Of a DNA stretch of 64,000 nucleotides, positions 1 through 9,649 are shown in pieces (position 1 is the first letter of the stretch; every line of letters starts with the position of its first letter). A program made the position numbers and the translations under genes. The notes beneath the pieces were generated by a model. The model was not told the origin of the DNA. It did no database searches and worked only from the letters and a program-made list of their open reading frames with translations. The stretch is taken from the sequence record PP496439.1, one strand, 5' to 3'.

Positions 1-1
1 A

Positions 2-847
2 CACGATGATGCCGTCCATCTCGTATATCGACTTCTTGCGGCGGTCCAACAGGTAATCGGTCAGCTCATTGACATCCAGTCGCAGTACCTTCTTGACCGT
101 AGGGATCAGGAAGCCCATTGCCTTGAGTTTGGCGAACTGCTTGTCCACGTCCATGGCAGGCTTGACGATCTGGTACATGACCACTTTGATCTTCTTGCCC
201 TTGAACACCGGCGGAATGATCTTGCTGTTCGCGGCACCGGCCACCAGATTGCGGGGGTTGGCGAACTCGTCCTTGAACTGCTCGAAGGTGGCCACCGGCA
301 TAATCAACTCACCACGGCCTTGCCAGCCATTGGGGATTGGGGGCAAGTCCAGATAGGGGGCCACGTGGCTGATGTCCAAGCCTTGGTTCCCGTCGCCACG
401 GGTGTACAACTCCGGCTTCTTGGGATTGGTTGTTCCCTTGATGCCGATGGAGATGCCGTCCAGCTTGTCCGACAGCACGTAGGGGCCTGGGTTAGCTACC
501 GCCCAGCGCAGGATGGACTTCTCGTCCAGATACTTGTTCATGCTGCCCATGCCGAACGGTAGTGACGTCTTGTTCAGCTCGTTGGACTTCGAACCCACCT
601 GATACAGCTTCTTGTCCACGGTGAGGATGACGGTCTCGAACTTGTCGAACTCTGCGTCGCTGACAACAGGCACACCGGCGTAGTATGCGTCTTTCAGCAG
701 TAGGTAGGCATCGGCCAGCTGCTTCTTGGGCACGGACTTCGCCGCTTCCACCTGCATGGCTTTGTTAGCCATGTGGATGATACCTAACACGAAGTCTTTC
801 AGTTCTTGGCGACCTTTCTTGGTGCCTATGGTGAACTTGGTCGCCAT
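2..847 (-). CDS. ligA: NAD-dependent DNA ligase, N-terminal part (runs off the window edge; missing from the ORF track)
   Basis: Hand translation from ATG 847: MATKFTIG...YYAGVPVVSDAEFD...SDKLDG...YTRGDG...RGELIM...NPRN...YEMDGII. These are the LigA Ia domain, KxDG adenylation motif and downstream motifs. RBS-like AAGGA upstream. Confidence 0.93.
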   Translation of the reverse strand, partial: MATKFTIGTKKGRQELKDFVLGIIHMANKAMQVEAAKSVPKKQLADAYLLLKDAYYAGVPVVSDAEFDKFETVILTVDKKLYQVGSKSNELNKTSLPFGMGSMNKYLDEKSILRWAVANPGPYVLSDKLDGISIGIKGTTNPKKPELYTRGDGNQGLDISHVAPYLDLPPIPNGWQGRGELIMPVATFEQFKDEFANPRNLVAGAANSKIIPPVFKGKKIKVVMYQIVKPAMDVDKQFAKLKAMGFLIPTVKKVLRLDVNELTDYLLDRRKKSIYEMDGIIV

Positions 848-858
848 CTAGATCGTCC

Positions 859-1443
859 TTATATGGGAATGGTGTCTATGTCAGCGAACCGCTGCATGCA
901 CCACTTGACGTAGGGTTTTACCTGCTCTGGCCATCGCTTCGTATACCCACGGGCGTACAACTCTACCATGCCGGGTACAGCCTCATAGTAGTTGCCGAAG
1001 GGATACACATCGAAGTTCTTGAGTTTCAAGCCGAGCAGCTGCATCAGTAATTTACCGTTCTGGATAGTCGTGGCATACGCCGGATTATCGTAGGTAAACC
1101 CCTTACGCCACTCGTTGAACTTCGGGTCTTGCGGGTTCTGGCCGAGCAAGGACAGCAGCAGGTCCCCGCTACGCAGTTGTTGCAGTGTCGTCCCTTCCTT
1201 CTCCAGCAGTGCGTGCGTACACTCATGCAGCAAGGTGGCCCAAGCTTTCGGCTCGGTGAAGAAGGAGTCCCGGAGTAAGCAGGTGCCGCCGGTGAATGAA
1301 GCGGTAGGCTGGCCGTTGCCCGGAATCAACGTGAAGGTGTGAGTCCTTGCATAACCGTAGACGGGCGCCCGCATGTTCTGCGGCATCTTGTCGATGATCT
1401 TCAGTAACGCCGAGTTGTCAACCTCTTTCCCGCTTCGATCCAC
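859..1443 (-). CDS. Putative zinc metallopeptidase (HExxH)
   Basis: ATLLHECTHALL motif; downstream Glu candidates in NYYEAVPGMVE. Confidence 0.5.
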   Translation of the reverse strand: MDRSGKEVDNSALLKIIDKMPQNMRAPVYGYARTHTFTLIPGNGQPTASFTGGTCLLRDSFFTEPKAWATLLHECTHALLEKEGTTLQQLRSGDLLLSLLGQNPQDPKFNEWRKGFTYDNPAYATTIQNGKLLMQLLGLKLKNFDVYPFGNYYEAVPGMVELYARGYTKRWPEQVKPYVKWCMQRFADIDTIPI

Positions 1444-1448
1444 CGTCG

Positions 1449-2015
1449 TTACTTTGGGACCTCGGCAACCTCCATCAGGTGTGCCACTTCCGCAAAGTTC
1501 TCAGCGCTGGACAGAGCCGACATGCGTTCCCGGTACAGCTGAATCTCGATGGGTTCCTCCAGCTCTTTCAGGAACTTTTCCAGCTTGGTCTTGAACCGCT
1601 CAGTGTACGGCTTCTGAATGGTGATGTGTGCCTTGTAGTCGGGAAACGTCGGCGCCGCACCGATGCCCAGTAGCTGGTTGTGCAGGTCAGTCAGTTCCTT
1701 GCAGTTGACCAGCAGGACCAGAGTGTCATCCTTGGGGCCGAACACGTCAACACCTGTCACCTCAGCGGTGTACTTGTGCGACGGATTGAGAACGCCACGG
1801 GCCGCTACGTCGTCGATGGTTGACGAAGAGTACATAACGGTGCAGTGCAGCTCAGACATCGGCATCACGTCCGGCTCACGATCTTGGCCGTACTTGCTCA
1901 GGGTCATCAACATCTTGGCGAGGGTCAGCTTGGAATCCGGGTGGATCTTGACATCCACGTAAGAACCTTCCTTGATCAACGACCGGGCCGTCTCCATTAC
2001 CTTAACTGTTTTCAT
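1449..2015 (-). CDS. acb1: 2H phosphoesterase, T4 gp57B/Acb1 (anti-CBASS nuclease)-like
   Basis: Two HxT motifs (ELHCTVMYS, YKAHITI), plus YVDVK, DTLVLLVN and GAAPTFPDY, matching the gp57B layout as recalled. Confidence 0.7.
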   Translation of the reverse strand: MKTVKVMETARSLIKEGSYVDVKIHPDSKLTLAKMLMTLSKYGQDREPDVMPMSELHCTVMYSSSTIDDVAARGVLNPSHKYTAEVTGVDVFGPKDDTLVLLVNCKELTDLHNQLLGIGAAPTFPDYKAHITIQKPYTERFKTKLEKFLKELEEPIEIQLYRERMSALSSAENFAEVAHLMEVAEVPK

Positions 2016-2556
2016 TGGTGAACCCCTCGAGTGGGAATATCGTAGCCGTGGACTTGTCAGGGTTGACCTGAATACTCGCCGGGTTGACTTTCAGATACTG
2101 CTTCAAGATCTTTTCGATCCGCAGCAAGTCAACGTCCTCTCCTTCCTTTTTCTCTACCCACGGCAGCATCACGTAGGAGTACAGAGCGGGGTTGATCAGG
2201 ACTACGTTGAAGAATGCAGTGATGGCGTGGATCAAGGTGTTGCCATCATGTTTGGTACTGGTCGGGTCTCCTTCCTTACTCCGGAGGATCACCCGAGGCT
2301 GGATAGTGTCGTAGGTGATAATCACCCCGAAACTGTCCGCAAGATTCGCTGGCACATTAACGCCTGCCGGGGCGCCGCGTGTCCAGAACGTAACGCGTGA
2401 CTTGGTTCCGTCTGGGCGGTGGATTGTTGCCTTGGTGCAGTATTCCGAGGAAGTCCACAAGACCGGATAGGTCGGGAGGATATCCACCTGGGGGATAGAC
2501 TTTATCATGGTTGCCTCTAAGCCAACGGGGCCTTTCGACCCCGTGCCATTGTTCAC
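2002..2556 (-). CDS. Hypothetical protein (true start may be the internal MIKSIPQ)
   Basis: ORF tightly packed in the minus-strand operon, overlapping both neighbours. Confidence 0.6.
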   Translation of the reverse strand: MNNGTGSKGPVGLEATMIKSIPQVDILPTYPVLWTSSEYCTKATIHRPDGTKSRVTFWTRGAPAGVNVPANLADSFGVIITYDTIQPRVILRSKEGDPTSTKHDGNTLIHAITAFFNVVLINPALYSYVMLPWVEKKEGEDVDLLRIEKILKQYLKVNPASIQVNPDKSTATIFPLEGFTNENS

Positions 2557-3704
2557 TGGGGAACCAGAGGACTCAGTTTGGTCATGGTTTCCGACAGCTC
2601 TTTCAGGACGAATGCACGCTTGTCCTCCGGCAACTTCTTCATGCTGGATTGAAGCGAGGCGATCACCGCGATTGCCATCCCCAGTTCTTCCTGATACCGG
2701 CCCGTCCGGCCTTGGCGTGCACCGGACGTTTCGGTCTCGCCGTCGTCCACAATCAGACGTTCACCACAACGCTTACACCACCGAGAGTCATCAGCGTTGT
2801 TCGCACCGCAGCGTGGACACTCGATCTCGTCGTCTTTAGGCGGGCCATCCAAGTCATCGCCTTCTTCTTCGAGTTCCTCATCGGTCATCCTTGCCGGGGC
2901 GTCGGGATCCTCTTCGCTTTCCGGTTCCGCCGAGTCTTCATCCTCCGTGGTTTCATCTTCGGCGTCGGGATCAACTTCAGCCTCCGGGTCTTCCTCGGTT
3001 TCGGTGTCCGCTTCCGGATCATCCTCTTCCATTTCGGCGTCCGGATCCTCTTCTTCGGTGGACGCTTCATCCTCGTCCGGTACTTCCGTTTCCTCTTCCT
3101 TCGCCTTTTTGTTCTTGGCTTTGGTCAGATTCTTGGAAGCTTCCTGCTCTTCATCCGTCGGGCGGAACGTAGGATCTTCCGAATCGTCGGTGAGGTCAGG
3201 AACGTCGGTGTCCATTGCGATTGGACGTTCCACGAAGAACGGGGAGTCCTCGGAGTTGCCGTAGGACCGCCCGTACCATGGGCTGGCCTCGTCGAGGATG
3301 TCCGGGATAAGCGACAGCTCGATCTCGCCCGTGCCTTTCAGGTTACCCCGTGCACGACCAATGATACCCACGCCAGACTTGGTTGGGCGGAAGCTCTGAA
3401 CCGAACCCGTGTCATCCAAGACTACAGAGGTCATGTCAGCGGCAACCCGAGTAACCGTGCCGAGGTAGAATTCGGGGTTGGCCCAAGACTTGCCCATGTT
3501 GACCAGCACACGCTCACCTTTGTTATAGCGAACGTAGTAGCCAACCTCCATGTGACGAATGGATGCCGCCAGCGTATGCACCTTGGTCCAGAAGCTCTTT
3601 CTCTCCTTGACCGGCACCTTGACGGCGGCGGTTACTTTGTATTGCGTCGAGACGCGATCCAGCGCTTGGCGGAAGGCCGCGTCCGAGGGATTGGCCATGG
3701 TCAT
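2553..3704 (-). CDS. Hypothetical protein with long D/E-rich tract and C-terminal zinc ribbon
   Basis: ~100-aa acidic tract followed by CPRCGANNADDSRWCKRCG. Confidence 0.75.
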   Translation of the reverse strand: MTMANPSDAAFRQALDRVSTQYKVTAAVKVPVKERKSFWTKVHTLAASIRHMEVGYYVRYNKGERVLVNMGKSWANPEFYLGTVTRVAADMTSVVLDDTGSVQSFRPTKSGVGIIGRARGNLKGTGEIELSLIPDILDEASPWYGRSYGNSEDSPFFVERPIAMDTDVPDLTDDSEDPTFRPTDEEQEASKNLTKAKNKKAKEEETEVPDEDEASTEEEDPDAEMEEDDPEADTETEEDPEAEVDPDAEDETTEDEDSAEPESEEDPDAPARMTDEELEEEGDDLDGPPKDDEIECPRCGANNADDSRWCKRCGERLIVDDGETETSGARQGRTGRYQEELGMAIAVIASLQSSMKKLPEDKRAFVLKELSETMTKLSPLVPQ

Positions 3705-3705
3705 C

Positions 3706-4536
3706 TTAAGCCACCGTCTGTTCGCTCAGCTGGTTATCCAGGTCCATGTAGAACTGGGGGTTGGCCTTGCAGAGTTCGCTGTAGTATTCCACAACGTCGC
3801 CCGATTGATCTTCAACCGGCATCGGGATGTTAGCCAGTGAATCTGCACCAGCCAGTTGCACGACGGAGATCAGCTGACCCCGGTGCACGGACTCGGTCTG
3901 CATGGTGTCAGTCGAGTAGATCGTGTCGGCGGTGACCACGTAGCCGTAGTTAACCGAATCGGTCTCGGTGGAGAAGAACGAAGCGTATACGGCGTTACGT
4001 GGATCAGGCATAACGTCGAGCAGGGGCATAACATCCGCCACGTGCTTGGCGCCTCGGTCTTCTACCGCAGCCATGCTGACCAGATCGGCCAGTTGGTGGT
4101 TGGACGCACGGGACAAGGTGTGAGCACCCGATTCGGCGATGGTCAGGTCCCACAGGGTGTGGTCCACGTTGTCCATCATCACGTTACCCGCCATCTCGCG
4201 ATAACGAGCGGTCTCAGCGTTGGTGCCGATCTCATCCTTGTTGATGCCACGAATCTCGCGGTTCAGGGCGAGGAAGCCGCTGACTTCGATGGCCGAAGAG
4301 TGGGCACCGCGACCGATCACGGTGAAAGACTCGGTGACCGGGCTGATGCGATTGTCGAAAGCCTTGGCGATGGCTACGCGAGCCTCTTCAACGGACTTCG
4401 GTGCCTTGCTGAACTTGCCGACGACGCGAGCCGTGGAATCGTTGATCACCAGAGCACTGGTCACACTGAACACTGGAGCCATACCAGTCTTCATCTTAAC
4501 GTGGTCGGTGACTTTATTCATATCAAGACGTGCCAT
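3706..4536 (-). CDS. Putative virion structural protein
   Basis: Full ORF with RBS in the structural block; no catalytic motif. Confidence 0.55.
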   Translation of the reverse strand: MARLDMNKVTDHVKMKTGMAPVFSVTSALVINDSTARVVGKFSKAPKSVEEARVAIAKAFDNRISPVTESFTVIGRGAHSSAIEVSGFLALNREIRGINKDEIGTNAETARYREMAGNVMMDNVDHTLWDLTIAESGAHTLSRASNHQLADLVSMAAVEDRGAKHVADVMPLLDVMPDPRNAVYASFFSTETDSVNYGYVVTADTIYSTDTMQTESVHRGQLISVVQLAGADSLANIPMPVEDQSGDVVEYYSELCKANPQFYMDLDNQLSEQTVA

Positions 4537-4555
4537 TTGTGTATCTCCTAGGGAG

Positions 4556-5278
4556 TTATCGAGGGAAGTTGTTCAGTCGGGAATCCAGAGCGCCCCAGTA
4601 GGAACTCAAGGGACCAGCAGATACACCGGTTGCGCCGGGCACATGCTTGCGCCGACCTTTACCGTTGCCACCCGCCTCACTACCGTCACCGTTGGTAATC
4701 CCTACCCGGTTCAAATAGGTCTTGATGCTCTCGACGTTCGCTTGAATGTAATCCATCACACTCTGATCCTGCGACTCGAGGTATTGCGTCATGTCCATGG
4801 TCAACTGGACCGCCGCGCCTTGGTAATCGAACTGGGTTCGACCTTCGTCCATGTACATCGTTCTCAGGGCTATGTGCTCCGCGTACTTGATCCACAAAGC
4901 GTAGATAGCGCCTTGAGCATTGATCATCGAGAACCCAGTAGGAATGACCGCACCGTTGAACATGTCCCGGCCTGCTTTGAGGCAGTTCAGGTAATCCTCA
5001 TCGGTGAACGCCAAGTCATCCAGACGAAGCTTGCTATTGATCCGATTGGTGAACTGTCTCAGCTCATCTATCGCCGTCAACATCGACGGATTGATCATAT
5101 ACAGTCTCTGTGTACTGTAATTAGTACTGCCTTGCTGCTTGTACACCACCTGATAGGGCTCGAAGTTGGGCAGCAGGGTATTGGCGGGCAGCACAGCTGA
5201 CACCTTACCGTTTGCCGCGACATCGGCCACCAGTGACGACCTCAGCAAGTTGTCGAAGTAAACCTCGATGCTGATCAT
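4556..5278 (-). CDS. Putative virion structural (head completion/neck-like) protein
   Basis: Position in the virion block; ATGA coupling with the upstream gene. Confidence 0.5.
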   Translation of the reverse strand: MISIEVYFDNLLRSSLVADVAANGKVSAVLPANTLLPNFEPYQVVYKQQGSTNYSTQRLYMINPSMLTAIDELRQFTNRINSKLRLDDLAFTDEDYLNCLKAGRDMFNGAVIPTGFSMINAQGAIYALWIKYAEHIALRTMYMDEGRTQFDYQGAAVQLTMDMTQYLESQDQSVMDYIQANVESIKTYLNRVGITNGDGSEAGGNGKGRRKHVPGATGVSAGPLSSYWGALDSRLNNFPR

Positions 5279-6429
5279 ACGGGAAACTCCGGAAGTGCCG
5301 TGGTCAGTTCTATCACCTTGACCGGAGTGAGTGGTTGCACCTCTTGACCGGATAGTGGCGGACTCTCAATCGTCAGATACGCTTCGGCGAAAGGCCCTAA
5401 CGGATAGGCGGTGAAGTACAGCGGCAGGTTGAACTCCGAGCTGGCCGACCCAATGACCACGGAGAACATCTGATCAGTGAAGTCGATGCCCGCGTGCCCG
5501 GAACCACCTGGAGTGTTACGCAAGTGCACACCAAGGGTGTAGGGTTCGACCAGTCCTTGTCCAGCAGAGTCCAGTACGGTCACCTTGAGCACTTCGTCAC
5601 CCGGCGATAGCTTGCCGAAAGATACGGACAAGTAGCGTGGCACCTCTTCGTCCTCATGGGGCTGTCGAGCAATCAGGCGGGTTCGTTCATCCGGGATACC
5701 CGTACCTACCGGTGCCTTGAATGTGAGCATCGCATGATCTACAATGCCGCTGGTGCCCGGCGAACTTAGGTCAATGTTCTGACTCGGGAGGATCAAGGTG
5801 GTCGTGAGTTTGAACGCCGGAATGGTCACGCTGCCTTGGATCGACTCGATGTACCCCGGATCTACCGATACGTCCCCGGCCACGACGGGCGGCAACTGTC
5901 TGGCGGTGTAGTTCAGGACAAGATCCTTAACGTACACCTGGGACAGCGCCAGCGTCAACTGGAACGGCTGACCTCTAATGACTTCCTGAGAGGCAGGAGC
6001 AATGACCCTAAGGTTGGTAGTGTTGGCGTCTTGATCAGTAGCGAACGCCAGCGTGGTGGACAACTCCACGTCTTGGTTGAACAACGCCACCAGTACGGAA
6101 GACCCACCCTGTTCCAGATCAACAGTCACCTGAATATCGGTGGATCCATCTTCATCGATGCCGACTAGTTCGTCCTTTAGGAAGAAATCAATCGTCAGCG
6201 AGTCATAGCTGGTGTCTGGCACCACGATGTTGGCCGTCACCTTGACCCGGTAGCGGTTACCCGCCGGTAGCTTCTTGACGGACGTTACCAGTGCCGGTTC
6301 TTCCCCGGCCAGCAGTGCACCAACCTCGTCGCTCACCGCATAGTGCACATGTAGGTTGTCGCTGGGTTGCTTGTCGATCAGGAATGTGTAGCTAAGGGGA
6401 ACGGTGTCCCCAACGGTGTAGGTTGTCAT
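5275..6429 (-). CDS. Putative virion structural protein, beta-rich (Ig-like)
   Basis: V/T/P-rich beta-strand pattern; ATGA coupling. Confidence 0.5.
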   Translation of the reverse strand: MTTYTVGDTVPLSYTFLIDKQPSDNLHVHYAVSDEVGALLAGEEPALVTSVKKLPAGNRYRVKVTANIVVPDTSYDSLTIDFFLKDELVGIDEDGSTDIQVTVDLEQGGSSVLVALFNQDVELSTTLAFATDQDANTTNLRVIAPASQEVIRGQPFQLTLALSQVYVKDLVLNYTARQLPPVVAGDVSVDPGYIESIQGSVTIPAFKLTTTLILPSQNIDLSSPGTSGIVDHAMLTFKAPVGTGIPDERTRLIARQPHEDEEVPRYLSVSFGKLSPGDEVLKVTVLDSAGQGLVEPYTLGVHLRNTPGGSGHAGIDFTDQMFSVVIGSASSEFNLPLYFTAYPLGPFAEAYLTIESPPLSGQEVQPLTPVKVIELTTALPEFPV

Positions 6430-6863
6430 TGGCCTGACTCCGGTAGGGCGAAGACGATTGGAACCTCATGTTCCTCGGACAGGTCATTCAACGAGTAACG
6501 CACCAGCTCCTTGAGCCAGCGATAGGTCTTGCCGTTGAAGTACCGGTATCGGCCTTCGATCAGGGTGGGCGTGTACTCGGCGTTCAGATCAGCGATGATG
6601 GTGTCCGTCATGTCGCCGTTATCTTCCCGCACTTGCCGTACTAGAATGCTGTGCAGAACCCACACGTTGTTGCTGTTCTTGTTGTCCCCCAGCAGGACCA
6701 ACTCATCTGTTGGCAGTGCCAGCCCTTGAGCCAGGTAGGAGGACACCGGGGCATGCGTGGGAGATTTGGTGAAGGTCTGGCCGGGTAACCCGAACGACAA
6801 GGTTGTCGTTAAACGCCTCAAGTACTGGGGGCGGGTCAGCGGCTGCGGGGCGATCTTGATCAT
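6426..6863 (-). CDS. Hypothetical protein (start corrected to MIKIAPQ, 145 aa)
   Basis: ATG 6863 overlaps the TGA of the upstream gene (ATGA); the longer track ORF overlaps a real gene. Confidence 0.6.
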   Translation of the reverse strand: MIKIAPQPLTRPQYLRRLTTTLSFGLPGQTFTKSPTHAPVSSYLAQGLALPTDELVLLGDNKNSNNVWVLHSILVRQVREDNGDMTDTIIADLNAEYTPTLIEGRYRYFNGKTYRWLKELVRYSLNDLSEEHEVPIVFALPESGQ

Positions 6864-7615
6864 ACTAAATCGTACCTCGACAGTTGATGAACCACCGACG
6901 CACCGATGCTGTTCAGGTTGATACGATCCCCCGGATGGAATGCGCCTGCGTGAGTGTACACGGGCAACAGGTTGAGCCATGCGTGGCCCATCTCCGGCAC
7001 ATACGTCAACACCAGTACTACCTGATTGAACGTGTGCGTACCGGAAGCCTCTTCGGGGAAGTTGATCTGATAGAACATGGTGAAGCGCGTGTGGTTGCGA
7101 TTGTTCAGCAGGTGATCCACGCTGCCGTCCACACTGATTGAGGTGAAGTGCTGGTTCAGATACCCGAGTACTTCCTCGTTCAATCTGGCCAGCTCCGCGT
7201 TTTCCTCGTTCAGCAGATTGGTGTAGCAATCGGCGATGGTGTCGATGATGTGTTTGCGCGTTGCACGCAATCCCTTCTCGATAGTTTCCACCACCTTCTC
7301 ATTGTCGAGGCCAGTGTACACGGAGTTCTCGGGAAGATGCTTGCGAACGTGGTTACGCAGCTGGGTCAGCAAGGTGAACGCGGATGTCATCGAGGCCAGT
7401 TGAATGAACGCGGCATCGGTGTTGTGCGTTGAACCTTCATCCAGCGTAGAGTCAATCACCTGGGTGTTGTGCCCCGGTTCCTCCACGTACGCCTGCAGCA
7501 GCGGATTGATTACGTCTTTGGTGATCGGATACTTCAACAACCCCTCAACCACGCCCAGTGCTTCGGGCAAGGTACGGATATTGCCGATGCTCTCCATATC
7601 TACATGCTTAGTCAT
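6860..7615 (-). CDS. Putative virion structural protein
   Basis: Packed ORF in the structural operon. Confidence 0.55.
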   Translation of the reverse strand: MTKHVDMESIGNIRTLPEALGVVEGLLKYPITKDVINPLLQAYVEEPGHNTQVIDSTLDEGSTHNTDAAFIQLASMTSAFTLLTQLRNHVRKHLPENSVYTGLDNEKVVETIEKGLRATRKHIIDTIADCYTNLLNEENAELARLNEEVLGYLNQHFTSISVDGSVDHLLNNRNHTRFTMFYQINFPEEASGTHTFNQVVLVLTYVPEMGHAWLNLLPVYTHAGAFHPGDRINLNSIGASVVHQLSRYDLV

Positions 7616-7616
7616 A

Positions 7617-8783
7617 TCACAGGATTCCGTTGAACACTTCCTGAGGTTGGATCAACCGGGCCGTCAGCTCGATGAAGACCACGGTATCCCCTTTGGAGTT
7701 GAGCTGGGGACGAGAGCTGGTTACGTACCACACTCTGTTGTATTTGAAGTCCCGGATCAGCGAGTGCTTGCCGATGTTCGAGACGTAGGAAGGAACGCTA
7801 ACCTCGATGTCCGGGCTGTCGTCACCGGTGAGAGATTTGCTGAACGTCGCCACGTCAACCTGCGGGAAGTCGATACGGACCCGCACGCCTTGGCAGTCGA
7901 AGTTGGCTTCGAAGTGCGTGAACTCTTCGTCGCATGTTACCCGGAGGATATGGGGAAGACCATCTGCCAAGTCGGCCAGTGATGCCACGGGGGTTGTCAC
8001 GTCTGTAACCACGGTTGCCAAGGTGAATCCCTTGATCTCCTCCGTATTGTTCATCAGACGATAGCTGAACAGGTTGCCGCCTTTCGGCACGATCATGTTG
8101 AAGTCCACGTAACCACCGTCAACATCTGTCGAAGCCAGCGCGAAAGAGTAAGGGCTGGCAATGGTGTTGACGCGGAAGTCCGACATTCCTACCTGATCAC
8201 CCACGGTAAGCAGTAGGTGATACCCGCGATAGATCGAATAACCTTTGATGTAGCCCGTGCTCAGGCAAACGCCGCACGTGTTACCACCTGACTCAAGGAA
8301 GTCGTCACCCATGAACTCTTCATCGAACCGAAGTTCATCGTCGTCATCGATGTCAGTCTCGTCTTCATCCGTGAGCGGATCATCTACTACCATGGTCTGA
8401 TCGAAGTCAACATCCCCTGCGCGGAACGACTTGCGCCTTTTCAGGTCGTTAGCGGAGCCCCGGCCAACGGGTTCCACTGCTCTGGACTCAAGTTCCTCTT
8501 CTTCCTTGTCCAGTTCGTCGGCGTTGTTGAAGAAGTTGTTGAGCTGATCGTTGCTCAGGTTGCCCTTCTTGTCCAGCAGTGGGGCACCTGATTGGCACGT
8601 GCACCGGCGACCGGCACGGATGAACGGATAGAGGATAGCGTCGATGCCAGATGCCTCAATGGCAATGTCCGTCTCCTTCCGTTTACGCTCTTCATAGTAG
8701 GCCACGCCTTGTTCCACGGGTGTCCGTAATCGTTGATTTCGGGCAGTGGAGACTTGCCGGGGCGAGGGTGTGTATCTAGGCAT
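7617..8783 (-). CDS. Virion protein with CxC...CxxCxxxG zinc motif (neck/head-tail adaptor-like)
   Basis: GRRCTCQSG ... CGVCLSTGYIKGY, a pattern recalled from myovirus neck proteins; first gene of the operon. Confidence 0.45.
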   Translation of the reverse strand: MPRYTPSPRQVSTARNQRLRTPVEQGVAYYEERKRKETDIAIEASGIDAILYPFIRAGRRCTCQSGAPLLDKKGNLSNDQLNNFFNNADELDKEEEELESRAVEPVGRGSANDLKRRKSFRAGDVDFDQTMVVDDPLTDEDETDIDDDDELRFDEEFMGDDFLESGGNTCGVCLSTGYIKGYSIYRGYHLLLTVGDQVGMSDFRVNTIASPYSFALASTDVDGGYVDFNMIVPKGGNLFSYRLMNNTEEIKGFTLATVVTDVTTPVASLADLADGLPHILRVTCDEEFTHFEANFDCQGVRVRIDFPQVDVATFSKSLTGDDSPDIEVSVPSYVSNIGKHSLIRDFKYNRVWYVTSSRPQLNSKGDTVVFIELTARLIQPQEVFNGIL

Positions 8784-8797
8784 GAAAACCTCACACT

Positions 8798-8807
8798 AAT
8801 TACATAC
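8798..8807 (-). promoter_or_regulatory. Candidate late-promoter element GTATGTAATT
   Basis: Exact 10-mer also at 18917-18926; both precede minus-strand virion operons. Confidence 0.45.
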
Positions 8808-8824
8808 ATACCGGAAAATCAACG

Positions 8825-8842
8825 GTAAATGATGGGTATAAC
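8825..8842 (+). promoter_or_regulatory. Phage promoter motif GTAAAT-N6-TATAAC
   Basis: Intergenic, upstream of the RuvC-like gene; the motif recurs in about ten intergenic gaps. Confidence 0.55.
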
Positions 8843-8908
8843 GTCATATTCCGAATTAGCATCTTTTGTCCGGTTTCCTTACTACTCAAAAATCTAGGAT
8901 CGGTCACT

Positions 8909-9649
8909 ATGCACAGTCAAATAACGGAGGTTTATTCGCTAGGATTTGACCCCGGAAAGAACAACTTTGCTTGGACCTTCACGCTGACTACCAACGTCGG
9001 CGGCAAGCTGGTGCCAGAGATCCTTGAAATGGGATACGTCCTCAGTCCTTTGAAGAACCTGACCGAAGACAACCTGATGGAAGGCACCGAGCATTTCTTC
9101 TTCGACATGCGTATCCTCCTGCTCATGCTACTGCAGAAGTATGGCCGCATCGATATCGTCGTAGCGGAACGGTTTCAGGCTCGCGGCCAGAAGACCGGCA
9201 CTACCAGTGAGGTGGTCAGCATGATGATCGGCTTACTGATCCGCTGCATCCGAGAGTGTCACATCAGTCCAGATGTTCGGTTGGTTATTGCCAGCAGCTG
9301 GAAGAACAGTTACAACCGCTGCCTAGATGACAAGGAAGCTTTGCGTACTGCATACAAGCTGTGCCGTGCTGAGGCGCATGAACTCGACGCTAGCTTTATC
9401 TCCCTGTACGGAGCCAACAAGGTAATACAGCGATCCCTTGAATCATCTGGGTCCAAACGAATCGTAGCGTCTACCGCCCCGAACGTGTTCAAGCATTTCG
9501 TCAGTGAGGTAGCCCGCGACTTGTGGCTGTCCATCGTGGAATGCAAGACCGGGGGCCAATTGGTTAACCGAAAGGCCAAGCGCAAATATCACGCTGAGGC
9601 ACCGAATGAGCAAAGCCGAAAGAAGGCCGCAAGCCATAGTCCAGCTTGA
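8909..9649 (+). CDS. ruvC: RuvC-like Holliday junction resolvase
   Basis: RNase H-fold acidic motifs: LGFDPGKNNFAW, VVAERFQ, ASSWKN, HELDA. Confidence 0.8.
   Translation: MHSQITEVYSLGFDPGKNNFAWTFTLTTNVGGKLVPEILEMGYVLSPLKNLTEDNLMEGTEHFFFDMRILLLMLLQKYGRIDIVVAERFQARGQKTGTTSEVVSMMIGLLIRCIRECHISPDVRLVIASSWKNSYNRCLDDKEALRTAYKLCRAEAHELDASFISLYGANKVIQRSLESSGSKRIVASTAPNVFKHFVSEVARDLWLSIVECKTGGQLVNRKAKRKYHAEAPNEQSRKKAASHSPA

Noticed and set aside
5270-5285. Possible frameshift joining the 384-aa and 240-aa genes
   Set aside because: The junction is an ordinary ATGA overlap with no slippery heptamer.
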